Shown here piece by piece: positions 9,939 to 20,308 of a DNA stretch of 64,000 nt (its first letter is position 1; each line of letters starts with the position of its first letter). The position numbers and the translations under genes are program-made. The stretch comes from Candidatus Poribacteria bacterium. Lineage in GTDB: Bacteria > Poribacteria > WGA-4E > WGA-3G. The stretch lies in assembly GCA_963663765.2 (NCBI GenBank), contig CAXXUA010000002.1:160001-224000 (forward strand). The letters are read 5' to 3'. The notes under the pieces were generated by a model. The model worked only from the letters and a program-made list of their open reading frames with translations. It was not told the origin of the DNA and searched no databases.

Positions 9939-12900
9939 AATTATGTAAATTGAAACTCAAGAATCTAAATAGTTTTCGTAATGATGTAGAAATAGATTTT
10001 GAAGAACCACCGTTAGATGACGCGTCACTCGTAGCAATTACCGGACCTACAGGTGCTGGTAAGACAACACTTTTGGACGCAATCTGTGTCGCACTATACG
10101 GTAAAACACCCCGCCTAACAGGAAGTGGAACTCGAAACCCAAGACATCTGATAAGTCATGGTGAAAATGAGGCGTTCGCAGAAGTCTATTTTGAGGTAAA
10201 CAAAAAACGATACCATGCAACTTGGTCTGTTAGACAAACAAAGAATACAAACTATCCCCCAACAACACAACTCTTCGATGAGAATGGGAAGTCTATTACT
10301 AAGAACGTTAGACAGGAAGTAGAATCCATTTTAGGACTGGATTTTTCTGCTTTTAAACGTTCAATCATGTTAGCGCAAGGCGATTTCGCCGCATTTTTAA
10401 GAGCAAGTAGTGAAGAAAGACGGGGTATACTGGAAGCCACAGCTGGTATATATATCTATGATTTACTAAAAGAACATTTGTTAGAAAAAGTCAGTGAGTT
10501 GAACAGGATTTATGATGAGGTGGATAGAAAAATTGAACAAATACCAGATTCCTCACAAGAACAGGTTGAAAAAGCAACAGCAGAACTAAAAAGTCTGAAA
10601 ACGGAAGTAGAAAAGTTAGAGGAACAGCATCATAGAATTGAAACGGAAAAGAGTCAAGAAACAAAACGGAAAGAAAACTTTGAAAACCTGCAAACTGCAG
10701 AAAAAAGACTAAGAGAACTTATCAATCAACAACTGAACATAGACGAACTGAAAACCGAACTTGAACGCGCTGAACGAGCAAACCAACTGCGGGCTGAAAA
10801 GCAGTCTTATGAGACAGCCAAGGCAGACCACACAAATGCTGAATCTGAACTAAAGCAAGCAAAAAAAGACCTTACTGATGCGAAAACGGAGTTAAATACG
10901 CATAAAGATCAGTTTGAAAAAAAAGAAAAGACATATTTGAAAACATCTGATAATCGAAATAAGAAGCTAACTATTTATACAGAGGCGAAATCGGATGTGG
11001 CGCGCGCAAAAGAAAAGTTTTCGGAAGCAGAGGATCGTTCTCCTACTTTACAGTCACTGAATAATAATATAGACACTGTAGATAACACATTAACACAGAA
11101 TACTACCCAACGAGATGAACTGGAAAGACAAATTAACGAAGCACAAAATTACATCAAAGAAAATCCGTTGCCATCTGACCGACAACAACGACTCGTCAGA
11201 GTGAGTGAGTTATTGACTGAAATTAACTCACAACAAGCAAACTTAGACGCAAAAACTAATACGCAGGCAGAACACATCTCAGAAATACAGGAATTGGAAG
11301 AGCAAATCACAGAACTTACAAACAAACGAGAGAAACTCAACGAAAAAAAGAAGAAACTATCCAAATCTCTTAAACAAGTTGAAACTCAATTCAAAAAACT
11401 TCAAGAAAAAGGAACACTTGAAGAATGGCAAAGCAGAAGATCTAAAGCAATAAGGGCGCAACTCATAGCACAGCAATTTGAAATTACCGGTAAGCAACTT
11501 GGTGATGAAACTGAGAACTTAGAGTCATTACAGCAACATAATGGGACACTTTCTGAAGACTTAGAAGACCTTCAGAGTAAAATATTGGATGCTGATCAAC
11601 TCTGTAAAAGCGAAAATGCTGAAGTTGAGAAGTTGGAAGCAAACATCCAATTGGCAAAATTAGCAGACCACGTAAATGAACTACGCGAACAATTAGAATC
11701 AGGTGAACCTTGTCCGGTCTGTGGTGCTACAGACCATCCTGATGCTGACAAAGTTGAAATTGAAAGTAAAGAACAAGTAAAAGTCATTCAGAAATCCTTA
11801 AAAAAAGCAAAAGCGAAAGCAAAAAAGGCACAGGAACAGCACCAGAAATTTTTGAATGACCAAGTACGTACCGAACATGATAAAGAATCCACTGCAAATG
11901 AAATTGCTGAATGCAAAGAGTTGCTTGAAAACTTGCGAACTGATATAAACGATATTCATGAGAATTGGCGAGAACTGTATGAATCTACAAACATCTCATC
12001 AGATTGGGTTCAAGAAAAACTGACAGAAGCAGACGCTGCGATTGAAAACCACAACACCACTCATGATACTTACAATGAAAAAACATATAGACTAAATTCT
12101 ATTACTCAAGAACTTGAGACCTGTGAACGCGATCATAAACGCGAAAGCGAACAAATGGAAAATACCCAAAACCGATTACATACTGTAACAGAACAGATAG
12201 AAGACCTAAAGGAAGACATCAAGGCTACCCAGGAACGTTTTTGGGAGTCAATGCCAAACCCTTTCCACGAAGATACACCCGCTGAAGCTGTCAAGAACTT
12301 CAAGAATAAGATTGATAAGGTTGATAAATACGATCAGAAACTTACTAAAATGGACACTGAACTCCAGAAACTTATTGTAAATATTAAGCATAACGAAATT
12401 AATATTACTAACCTGAACCAACAGCTTAAGGAAGTTAAGGGTAGAATCAAGCAGTATCAGAGTGAAGGTGAATCTATACTGGAAATCGTGCGGGAGAAAA
12501 CTAACGGATTAGAAACCGAAAATGAAATAAACGATGCTATCCAGAAGTTGGACACTAACTTAAACGAAAAAAAGAAAGCACATGATGATGCTCAGCAAGT
12601 ATTACAGGATACCAAAAATCTACACACACAAAAAACAACTGCACACACATTCTGTTTTGAACGATTGGAAGAAATGCACAATAGACTTGAGTCTGAAAAA
12701 GAAATATATTTCAATAAATTGGAAAAAGAAGGATTTGAGTCCCCCGACACTCATCAAAACGCGTTTCGCGATGATACACAGATGCAAGAAATAATTGAGA
12801 AAATTGAAACCCATGAAACTGATAAGCAAAACCATAAACAAACTATTTCTCAACTGTCACCACAATTTAAGAAAACCCCGTTTGATTCAGATACACTAAT

Positions 12901-13546
12901 AAAGATTTCTGAAAAAGAAGATGAAATTGATGCACAGATTCAACACACACGAGAACAAATTGGTGCAAAACAAAATGAACTTAAAAACTTGAAAGATGCT
13001 GTTAAAAAACGAGAAGAACTTGATTCCGAATTACAAGCAGCAAAGCAAGAACTAAAACGTTGGCAAACACTGCAAGAAACGATTCCCGCAAATGCATTGC
13101 GCGATTTCGCATTAGATATTACATTCAAACAGGTCAGTGTTATAGCCAACGCTCACTTGGAATACCTAACATCTGAAAGGTATCAACTCAAAGTAGAAAA
13201 CATAGGAAAATTGACCGTCCTTGATAGGTGGAACGCAAATGAAGAACGACCGGTTGAAACATTATCTGGTGGAGAATCGTTTTTAACAAGTCTTGCTCTG
13301 GCACTTGCTCTTTCTGAACTCAGCAAAGGCCGTTCACAACTCAATTCTCTCTTTCTTGACGAGGGTTTTGGGACATTGGATGCAGAAACATTAGATATTG
13401 CTATTGCTGCTTTGGAAGGACTCCGCATGCAAGGTAGGAGTATCTATCTAATCAGTCACATTCAGGAATTAACAAGACGTTTACCCGTTAAAATAAATGT
13501 TCGGAAACGGGGTAATGGAAGTTCGTATGTTGAAGTAAGAGATTAA
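9935..13546 (+). CDS. sbcC: Exonuclease SbcCD subunit C (Rad50-like SMC ATPase)
   Basis: Walker A GPTGAGKT, long coiled coil, CPVC zinc hook, LSGGE, LFLDEGFG. Confidence 0.95.
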   Translation: MKLCKLKLKNLNSFRNDVEIDFEEPPLDDASLVAITGPTGAGKTTLLDAICVALYGKTPRLTGSGTRNPRHLISHGENEAFAEVYFEVNKKRYHATWSVRQTKNTNYPPTTQLFDENGKSITKNVRQEVESILGLDFSAFKRSIMLAQGDFAAFLRASSEERRGILEATAGIYIYDLLKEHLLEKVSELNRIYDEVDRKIEQIPDSSQEQVEKATAELKSLKTEVEKLEEQHHRIETEKSQETKRKENFENLQTAEKRLRELINQQLNIDELKTELERAERANQLRAEKQSYETAKADHTNAESELKQAKKDLTDAKTELNTHKDQFEKKEKTYLKTSDNRNKKLTIYTEAKSDVARAKEKFSEAEDRSPTLQSLNNNIDTVDNTLTQNTTQRDELERQINEAQNYIKENPLPSDRQQRLVRVSELLTEINSQQANLDAKTNTQAEHISEIQELEEQITELTNKREKLNEKKKKLSKSLKQVETQFKKLQEKGTLEEWQSRRSKAIRAQLIAQQFEITGKQLGDETENLESLQQHNGTLSEDLEDLQSKILDADQLCKSENAEVEKLEANIQLAKLADHVNELREQLESGEPCPVCGATDHPDADKVEIESKEQVKVIQKSLKKAKAKAKKAQEQHQKFLNDQVRTEHDKESTANEIAECKELLENLRTDINDIHENWRELYESTNISSDWVQEKLTEADAAIENHNTTHDTYNEKTYRLNSITQELETCERDHKRESEQMENTQNRLHTVTEQIEDLKEDIKATQERFWESMPNPFHEDTPAEAVKNFKNKIDKVDKYDQKLTKMDTELQKLIVNIKHNEINITNLNQQLKEVKGRIKQYQSEGESILEIVREKTNGLETENEINDAIQKLDTNLNEKKKAHDDAQQVLQDTKNLHTQKTTAHTFCFERLEEMHNRLESEKEIYFNKLEKEGFESPDTHQNAFRDDTQMQEIIEKIETHETDKQNHKQTISQLSPQFKKTPFDSDTLIKISEKEDEIDAQIQHTREQIGAKQNELKNLKDAVKKREELDSELQAAKQELKRWQTLQETIPANALRDFALDITFKQVSVIANAHLEYLTSERYQLKVENIGKLTVLDRWNANEERPVETLSGGESFLTSLALALALSELSKGRSQLNSLFLDEGFGTLDAETLDIAIAALEGLRMQGRSIYLISHIQELTRRLPVKINVRKRGNGSSYVEVRD

Positions 13547-13628
13547 CGTAAATTAATGTACGTTTTTTGGTATACTTATAATAGAGATGTTATTTGTAAC
13601 AAGTGTCTAATTGTTCCTATGAATAAAA

Positions 13629-13818
13629 CAGGACTTATGCAGTTTTCATGATTTGATGAAGAATTATTACGAAAATGGTGTATTTTTCAGCATTTTTTCG
13701 GTTTCCAGCGCGCTTACAAAGCACCAAATCAAGAAATCAACGGTATGAATCATGGCGAATGCCATACGCGCATTCGCCAATATGCATTCCCCGTCTACAA
13801 TTGGGCGCGTAAGTACTG
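13629..13818 (-). mobile_element. MITE, CAGGAC family, with inserted hairpin module
   Basis: Slightly degenerate TIRs, flanks TAAAA/TAATA, insert at 13725-13792. Confidence 0.85.
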
Positions 13819-13908
13819 TAATATTTACTATTTTTGAACTCAATCTCAGGAAAATAATTATACTGTACGTTCTATGATAAATCATTGTAACATAATTGGA
13901 GGCATTAT

Positions 13909-14667
13909 ATGCAATTTGGTTTCATGTCGTCTGTCTGTCCGCCGTTCACGTTGGCAGAACTCATTGACAAAGCAAAACAATACAACTACGAACATTTGGA
14001 ATTCCGTGTAGAATGGGGACACAAACACGGTGTTGAACTGGATTCTTCATCCCAACAACTAAATGATGCAAAAAAGCTCTTAGCTGACAGTGGGATAACA
14101 TTATCATGTATCGCAACAGGGGTCAGATTCATTAATCCCGACGCACAAAAACGGACAGAACAAGTTGAACTATTGAAACGGTACATAGACCTTGCACAAA
14201 AGATGGATGCAAAGAATATACGTTTCTTTGGTGACCCTGTACCAAAAACACCCGTTGAAATAGATAAAACATTAGATTGGGAAGCAGATGGTATCCGCGC
14301 TTGTGACGGTTTAGCTGGTGATGCAGACGTCGCACTCTGTTTAGAGACACACGGTAATCTTCTCGCAAGCTACTTAGCAGAAGTCTTATACCGTGCCGAA
14401 GCACAAAACACTTATGTGAACTGGCACGCAGCACATCATGTCAGACACGGACAACCTGTGGATGTCGCTTATGTACATCTACGAAATAAAATAAGACATG
14501 CACATGTGAGTTTCGGTAATGAAGGTGACATGCCAGATACAGAAAGGGATTCTCTGCAACTGCTCAAAAAAGATAACTATGAGGGGTTTATCTCTATAGA
14601 GGTTATCAATCCAAAAGATTCAGAGGCAGTACTCAAACGACATGCAGAACTATATAAAACTCTCTGA
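13909..14667 (+). CDS. Sugar phosphate isomerase/epimerase (xylose-isomerase-like TIM barrel)
   Basis: LETHG, HAHV and ISIE motifs; GGAGG RBS. Confidence 0.85.
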   Translation: MQFGFMSSVCPPFTLAELIDKAKQYNYEHLEFRVEWGHKHGVELDSSSQQLNDAKKLLADSGITLSCIATGVRFINPDAQKRTEQVELLKRYIDLAQKMDAKNIRFFGDPVPKTPVEIDKTLDWEADGIRACDGLAGDADVALCLETHGNLLASYLAEVLYRAEAQNTYVNWHAAHHVRHGQPVDVAYVHLRNKIRHAHVSFGNEGDMPDTERDSLQLLKKDNYEGFISIEVINPKDSEAVLKRHAELYKTL

Positions 14668-14708
14668 TTCGGTTGACGTTATAAGACAAGGTAGAATTAA
14701 CGATAAAC

Positions 14709-14735
14709 GGTGGGCATGCAGGACGCATGTCTACC
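14709..14735. terminator. Hairpin between convergent genes
   Basis: GGTGGGCATGC...GCATGTCTACC stem. Confidence 0.45.
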
Positions 14736-14744
14736 AAATATCAT

Positions 14745-15074
14745 CTATACACTAAATGATTCTCCGCAACCACAAGTGTTTTTTGCATTCGGATTGCTTA
14801 TCTTGAAACCAGACTCCATTAGACCGTCATTGTAATCTAATACCGAACCCGCAAGATATAGTGAACTGCGCGGATCAATGAACACTCTTAGACCGTGAAA
14901 CTCATAAACTCTATCTGTCTCTTTTTTGCCACTGAATTCAAGGCTATATTGAAATCCTGAACATCCACCCCCAATAACCTGCATGCGTAACCCAAGATCC
15001 TCTTCGGTACTACTATCGTTGCTACTTATGAGTGTAATAGCTTTTTGTGCTGCAGCTTCTGTTACATTAATCAT
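14745..15074 (-). CDS. iscA: A-type Fe-S carrier (IscA/ErpA/HesB)
   Basis: GGGCSGFQY and CGCGESF motifs. Confidence 0.9.
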   Translation of the reverse strand: MINVTEAAAQKAITLISSNDSSTEEDLGLRMQVIGGGCSGFQYSLEFSGKKETDRVYEFHGLRVFIDPRSSLYLAGSVLDYNDGLMESGFKISNPNAKNTCGCGESFSV

Positions 15075-15448
15075 TGCAATGTCTCCTGTTTTGAAAATGA
15101 ACTTACTATCGCATTTTTGAGCACTTCTTCTGCGTAGGTCGCAAAACGTAATTTGTCCTCTGGTAGTCCACCTAATGCGTTTGAAATATCCGATTCGGTG
15201 ATATTATCTGCAGCTGAAATGCTGTTATTGATGACCAATTCTGTAAGCACTGAACCACTTGCTATCACTGTTGGACACCCGAACGCACGAAACTTCGCAT
15301 CAATAACAATACCATCTGATATTTTTAACGTTAGTTTCAGCATCTCCCCACTAGCTGCAGAACCGATTGTCGCTGTACCATCCGCATCAGCAATTGTACC
15401 AACATTAAGTGGATTTTCAAAATGTTCAGTTACCTCTTGAGAATACAT
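15071..15448 (-). CDS. iscU: IscU/NifU-N scaffold-like protein with degenerate ligands
   Basis: MYSQEVTEHFENPLNVG, KFRAFGCP, LGGLP motifs; only one Cys retained. Confidence 0.8.
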   Translation of the reverse strand: MYSQEVTEHFENPLNVGTIADADGTATIGSAASGEMLKLTLKISDGIVIDAKFRAFGCPTVIASGSVLTELVINNSISAADNITESDISNALGGLPEDKLRFATYAEEVLKNAIVSSFSKQETLQ

Positions 15449-15630
15449 AGCACATTACCAACTAAGACATACAACGCATCACAATAACTTCTTTTATTCC
15501 ATATTATAACTTATAATTATTCAAATGTCAATAACTTTACACATACCAACTACAATTCCCACTTGATAATTTTTCAAGTTTTGTTTATTATATAGGGACA
15601 CTTTGGTTGATTACCGGAATCATTTATTAA

Positions 15631-15822
15631 CAGGACTTACGCACCTAACGGTAGGCGCGCTTTGAAGGCGGGGAATGCCAAAAGGCATTCATACCCGGGG
15701 AATGCCAAAAGGCATTCATACCGTTGATTTCTTGATTTGGCGCTGGAAACCAAAAAAATGCTGAAAATTACACCTTTTTCGTCATAATTCTACATCAAAT
15801 TATGAAAACTGCGTAAGTCCTG
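15631..15822 (+). mobile_element. MITE, CAGGAC family, with tandem hairpin insert
   Basis: 13-bp perfect TIRs, TSD ATTAA, insert at 15670-15739. Confidence 0.92.
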
Positions 15823-15842
15823 ATTAAAAGGAGGACACGAGT

Positions 15843-16865
15843 ATGGCAGGTAAACTGAAAGTGGCAGCTGTAGGTTGTGGTGGAATCGGATTGTTACATC
15901 AGCACGGTTATCTGAAACATCAAGGTGCAGAATTGGTGGCTGTGTGTGATATAGACACTAACAAAGCAAAAAAACGCGCAGATGAACTTAGTATTGACAA
16001 GTGGTATCCATCCATTAAAGAAATGCTTGCGAATGAAGAGTGTGACCTCGTCGACGTAGTGACTGCAGACAATTTACATTTTGAACCTGTGATGGAGTGT
16101 CTTGAAGCTGGAAAACATGTTATTTCTGAAAAACCGCTGGCTCTTGACATAAATGAAGCAGAACAGATGGTGACAAAAGCAGAAGAAAAAGGTGTCCACC
16201 TCGCTATAGACTACAATAGACGCTTTGCACCAGGTTATGTACAAGCAAGAAAATGGTTTGACAATAATGCTATCGGACAGACATATTATCTTGATATGAA
16301 ACTATCACAAGGTGGACCCGCCTCAACTTGGAAAGGTGAGTATTATCTACTCTACGAATTACAGACGCATGCACTGGACCTATTACGCTGGTTTGGTGGA
16401 GAGATTGTTGGTGTTTGTGCAGAAATGGTAAAACCAAGAAAAAATGAAGCACGCGAAGGTGAAAACGCTTGTTTTACAAGCATGGCAATCTCACTGCGAT
16501 ATGAAACAGAAACTGTCGCAACGTTGTTGGCAAGTTGGGATAGCGATTTTATCCATCCAATTGAGCGACTTGAAATATGCGGTTCAAAAGGTGAGATCCT
16601 TGTTGATAATGTCCTCAACAAAGCAACACTCATGAAACGCGACAACCAAGTTGTTGAAGAATATCGTCCTTCTATTTTCCGAAATGAACAACTCGCTTTT
16701 GATGGCACTTTCGCGCTACGTATGGCTGCATTGGTTGATGACCTACTAAATAACCGAATCCCAGAACCTACTGGTAAGGACGGTTTGCAGGCAATGCGGA
16801 TCACTGAAGCAATCGTGGAATCATGGAAAGAAAAACGTGAAATCATGGTAAAAATAGACAATTAA
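15843..16865 (+). CDS. Gfo/Idh/MocA oxidoreductase
   Basis: GCGGIG Rossmann motif, EKP motif, AGGAGG RBS. Confidence 0.92.
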   Translation: MAGKLKVAAVGCGGIGLLHQHGYLKHQGAELVAVCDIDTNKAKKRADELSIDKWYPSIKEMLANEECDLVDVVTADNLHFEPVMECLEAGKHVISEKPLALDINEAEQMVTKAEEKGVHLAIDYNRRFAPGYVQARKWFDNNAIGQTYYLDMKLSQGGPASTWKGEYYLLYELQTHALDLLRWFGGEIVGVCAEMVKPRKNEAREGENACFTSMAISLRYETETVATLLASWDSDFIHPIERLEICGSKGEILVDNVLNKATLMKRDNQVVEEYRPSIFRNEQLAFDGTFALRMAALVDDLLNNRIPEPTGKDGLQAMRITEAIVESWKEKREIMVKIDN

Positions 16866-16888
16866 CACTGTGCAATACTACATTAAAC

Positions 16889-17056
16889 CAGGACTTACGC
16901 ATTAAACGGTAGACGAGGAATGGTATATAACATTCATACCTAGGGAATGCCATTGGGCGAAGGCGCGTACGGCATTCGCAGTGGTTCATACCGTTGATTT
17001 GCCGGTCGCGATTTTCTCAGGAAACCACCAAAATACCTAAAACTGAATAACCCTGG
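16889..17056 (+). repeat. Chimeric MITE remnant
   Basis: CAGGACTTACGCA left end, hairpin modules, and a right end AAAACTGAATAACCCTG belonging to the CAGG family. Confidence 0.7.
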
Positions 17057-17123
17057 CTTAAGTGTGTAATTAATTCTAAAATCTACCATAATATGATACA
17101 ATTGAAATAATAGGGCAGATATA

Positions 17124-18035
17124 ATGGACTGGAAAGAACCCCTACAAGATATAATAACCCAACCCACCACACGACTACGGTTCGCTGAACCACTTGCAAA
17201 GCATACACACTTCGGAATCGGTGGAGAAACAACCGCATTAATAGAAGTCAGCACAAGAGAAGAATTAGCAGCGTTAGCACGTTTTCACAGAAAATGGAAT
17301 ATACCGGTCGCAATCATCGGTAGAGGTGCAAATATGCTGGTAAGTGATAAAGGTTTCAGCGGAATCTGCATAAAATTAATCGGTGAATTAGCACAACTAA
17401 ATGTTGATGGAAATGTTGTTACCGTGGGCGCAGGATTTCCTTTACCAGCACTCTCTAAAGAGATGTCCAGAAAGGGTCTAAGCGGCGTGGAATTTGTTCT
17501 CGGCATACCGGGTACTGTCGGGGGCGCACTCACCATGAACGCTGGGGCATGGGGAAGCAGTTTTGGGGATGTTGTAACAAACGTAACTGTGATGCAGGAT
17601 ACAGGTGAACTCCTAAAGTTAACGCGCTATGAAGCAAACTTTGAATATCGGCGCAGCTGTCTGCATACCTACTTCTGCATCGTAGGGGCAACTTTAACAC
17701 TCACACCTGGAGAAGTAGATACAATTACGGCTAAAATGAACAAACTCTTTAAACAGAAAATAGAAACGCAACCTTTTGTTGAAGAGAATGCCGGGTGTAT
17801 GTTCAAAAATCCACCAGGAGACTCGGCTGGACGACTCATAGACATCAGCGGATTGAAAGGACACCGTATTGGCGGTGCAGAAGTGTCCACAATACACGGA
17901 AATTTTATCCTCAATACCAACAACGCTACAGCAGCAGACGTCTTAGAATTGGTTGACTACATCCAAAATCAGGTGCGTAATAAAACAGGTATCTCACTCG
18001 AAACAGAGGTAAAACGCTTAGGTTTCAAGACATAG
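17124..18035 (+). CDS. murB: UDP-N-acetylmuramate dehydrogenase
   Basis: GRGAN, GIPGTVGGALTMNAGA, GCMFKNP, HGNF and LETEV motifs. Confidence 0.95.
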   Translation: MDWKEPLQDIITQPTTRLRFAEPLAKHTHFGIGGETTALIEVSTREELAALARFHRKWNIPVAIIGRGANMLVSDKGFSGICIKLIGELAQLNVDGNVVTVGAGFPLPALSKEMSRKGLSGVEFVLGIPGTVGGALTMNAGAWGSSFGDVVTNVTVMQDTGELLKLTRYEANFEYRRSCLHTYFCIVGATLTLTPGEVDTITAKMNKLFKQKIETQPFVEENAGCMFKNPPGDSAGRLIDISGLKGHRIGGAEVSTIHGNFILNTNNATAADVLELVDYIQNQVRNKTGISLETEVKRLGFKT

Positions 18036-18122
18036 AAAATTCATCCCTGACAATATAATTCTTTTACAACCCATTTTAAAAAAAGTCAGATAGCAAAAAG
18101 AACAGCTGAATTTAGGATAAAA

Positions 18123-19346
18123 CTAAGGACGAATGACCGTGCCGTCCATCCGACGAACCGGTGACCAACCCCCATTGAGCGGATGTTCAGGAAACGGAAA
18201 ACGTGCAGCAAGTTCCTCATTTACATCTATGCCGAGTCCAGAAGCTTCATTAACCCAAAAACAACCATCCCGAATCTCTGGACACCCTGGGAAAACCTCT
18301 TTGGTATTCTCACCGAAGACATGTTGCTCCTGAATACCGAAGTTGTAACACGCTAAATCTAAGGCAACATTTGCTGCATGTCCAACAGGAGAAACATCAC
18401 CCGGTCCGTGCCAAGCAGTACGCACACCGAAAAACTCACACAACGCCGCAAGTTTCCGAGCTGGACTAATACCCCCGATTTGCGAGATATGCACACGTAT
18501 AAAATCAATGAGTCGGTCCTTGATCAGATGAACATACTCATTCGGGTTGTTAAACAACTCTCCCATCGCAATTGGGATACTCGTTTGTTGCCGCATCAGT
18601 TGGAAATAGTCCACATCTTCAGGTGCAAACGGGTCTTCAAGAAAAAACAGGTTATACGGTTCCAAGCCTTTAGCAAGATTGATCGCTTGAATGGGCGGTA
18701 TCCGTTCATGCACATCATGCAGAAGTTCTACCTCATCCCCTAACTTATTTCGAAGATGATCAAAAAGTTTGATGACGGTATTGACATAAGGCGTGGGTTC
18801 AAATGCTGGAGAACTACGCTTTCCACCACCCGCACCATAAGTAGTATAACCAGGAATCGCAACCTGTGCACGAACATAACGATACCCTTCTTCCATATAC
18901 CGCCTTACACTGTTCTCAACATGCTCAAAACTGCCACCACCTGCATGCGCATAGAGTGTTGCTGCTTCACGACATTTTCCACCCAATAGTTGATAAACGG
19001 GCATATTTGCACGCTTCCCCATAATGTCCCACAGGGCAATGTCCACACCACTGAGAGCGTTGTTCAAAACCGGTCCATTTCGCCAATACGAACTGACAAA
19101 ACTTGTTTGAAAAATATCTTCTATGTTGCTTGGATCTTTCCCAATCAAGAAAGGTTTAAGGTACTCATCAACAGCTGTGGCAACAGCAAGCGGTCGTTGT
19201 GTAAACGTTGCACAACCAACACCGTATAAACCAGGTTCACTCGTTTCAACCTTTACAACGACAAGCCGAATCCCATCAGGCGCAGTCAGAATAGTTTTGA
19301 TGTCTGTTATCTTCAAAATTGCAGTTCTCCTATTATCTATTACCAA
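18123..19346 (-). CDS. Enolase-superfamily sugar-acid dehydratase (ManD/RspA-like)
   Basis: YWRNGPV, HDVHER, FLEDP, MGEL and AWHGPGD motifs. Confidence 0.92.
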   Translation of the reverse strand: MVIDNRRTAILKITDIKTILTAPDGIRLVVVKVETSEPGLYGVGCATFTQRPLAVATAVDEYLKPFLIGKDPSNIEDIFQTSFVSSYWRNGPVLNNALSGVDIALWDIMGKRANMPVYQLLGGKCREAATLYAHAGGGSFEHVENSVRRYMEEGYRYVRAQVAIPGYTTYGAGGGKRSSPAFEPTPYVNTVIKLFDHLRNKLGDEVELLHDVHERIPPIQAINLAKGLEPYNLFFLEDPFAPEDVDYFQLMRQQTSIPIAMGELFNNPNEYVHLIKDRLIDFIRVHISQIGGISPARKLAALCEFFGVRTAWHGPGDVSPVGHAANVALDLACYNFGIQEQHVFGENTKEVFPGCPEIRDGCFWVNEASGLGIDVNEELAARFPFPEHPLNGGWSPVRRMDGTVIRP

Positions 19347-19622
19347 ATTAACCTAAATTGTAAGGACAGGTCTCAAGGGAATGCCGAAAGACAATCATAC
19401 CGTTGATTTGGTTCCCACCCGTGTTCTCTATACTAAAAACAATACACATCACGTTAATTGGGTATAATTTGTTTAGTATGCTAAGTTCTTATGCTAAAAT
19501 TTACCAAACTGAATAGGGCTTGTCAAGCGAAATCTGACGAAGGGATGTGAAAAGTTCTTTCTACAACAGACGCGTCAATTTATGGATTTTAACCTCTTGT
19601 GGGAGGGGTTTTCAACCCCGAT

Positions 19623-19908
19623 TACAGTAAGACATATAATTAATTGGACATTTTGAGCATCAAACATTTAGTTTGTGCTGATGCAGACACAAACTAAATG
19701 AAGATTAATTTATTAATTCGGTAATAAAATATTTCTCCAACGGTAGGCGGGGGAATGCCTAAATGGCATCCATACCCGGGGAATGCCTTACTGGCATTCA
19801 TACCGTTGATTTGGAGGTCGCTCCTACCAAATAAAAGAATCGGATACTTACATGACAGCCAATATGGTAAATTGTAGAAATGTAAACTTATTTTCAAATT
19901 TCACCATA
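19623..19908. mobile_element. TA-bounded MITE-like element carrying REP hairpins
   Basis: Imperfect ends TACAGTAAG.../...TTTCACCATA; segments shared with 37253-37578 and 58842-58970. Confidence 0.6.
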
Positions 19909-20053
19909 GTTGTTTTTTTCAAAATTTCGCAAAAACAAGAAACAGCCTTAAACCCATACCACGACACGGTCGAGAACACTTATGAAAATAGGATAAAAAA
20001 CAAGAAAAAACAACTAAAAAATTACGCGATTACACAGGTTACTCATATTTTCT

Positions 20054-20082
20054 TTGACAATCATGACATGACAAAGTATAAT
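20054..20082 (+). promoter_or_regulatory. Consensus sigma70 promoter
   Basis: TTGACA-17 bp-TATAAT. Confidence 0.7.
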
Positions 20083-20129
20083 ATAGCACATTATTTTTTC
20101 ACAATTCTAATTACCTATGAGTGAATAGG

Positions 20130-20308
20130 ATGAGAAATCCGTTTTCAAATATATTCAATAAGTACTCCAAAAAGGTCGGACTTCCCCCTAGCATACTCAT
20201 ATATGCTGGTGAAGAACGGGATGAATCCACAAAAATTGAGCTGATTGATTACAATGACACGCACTGTCAAGAAAGTATAGTTGAATCCATCAATGATTAT
20301 GTTAGTTA
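20130..20308 (+). pseudogene. corA: N-terminal fragment of CorA Mg2+ transporter
   Basis: SKKVGLPPSILIYAGE...KIELIDY resembles the CorA N-terminus. It is cut by a MITE and the remainder is absent. Confidence 0.65.

Noticed and set aside
8769-13546. SMC-nuclease defence system (Wadjet/Lamassu)
   Set aside because: The Mre11-type nuclease plus zinc-hook ATPase is canonical SbcCD, with no accessory defence genes.
15670-15739. Tandem GGGGAATGCC repeats as a mini-CRISPR
   Set aside because: There are no unique spacers; the pattern is explained as hairpin inserts in a MITE.
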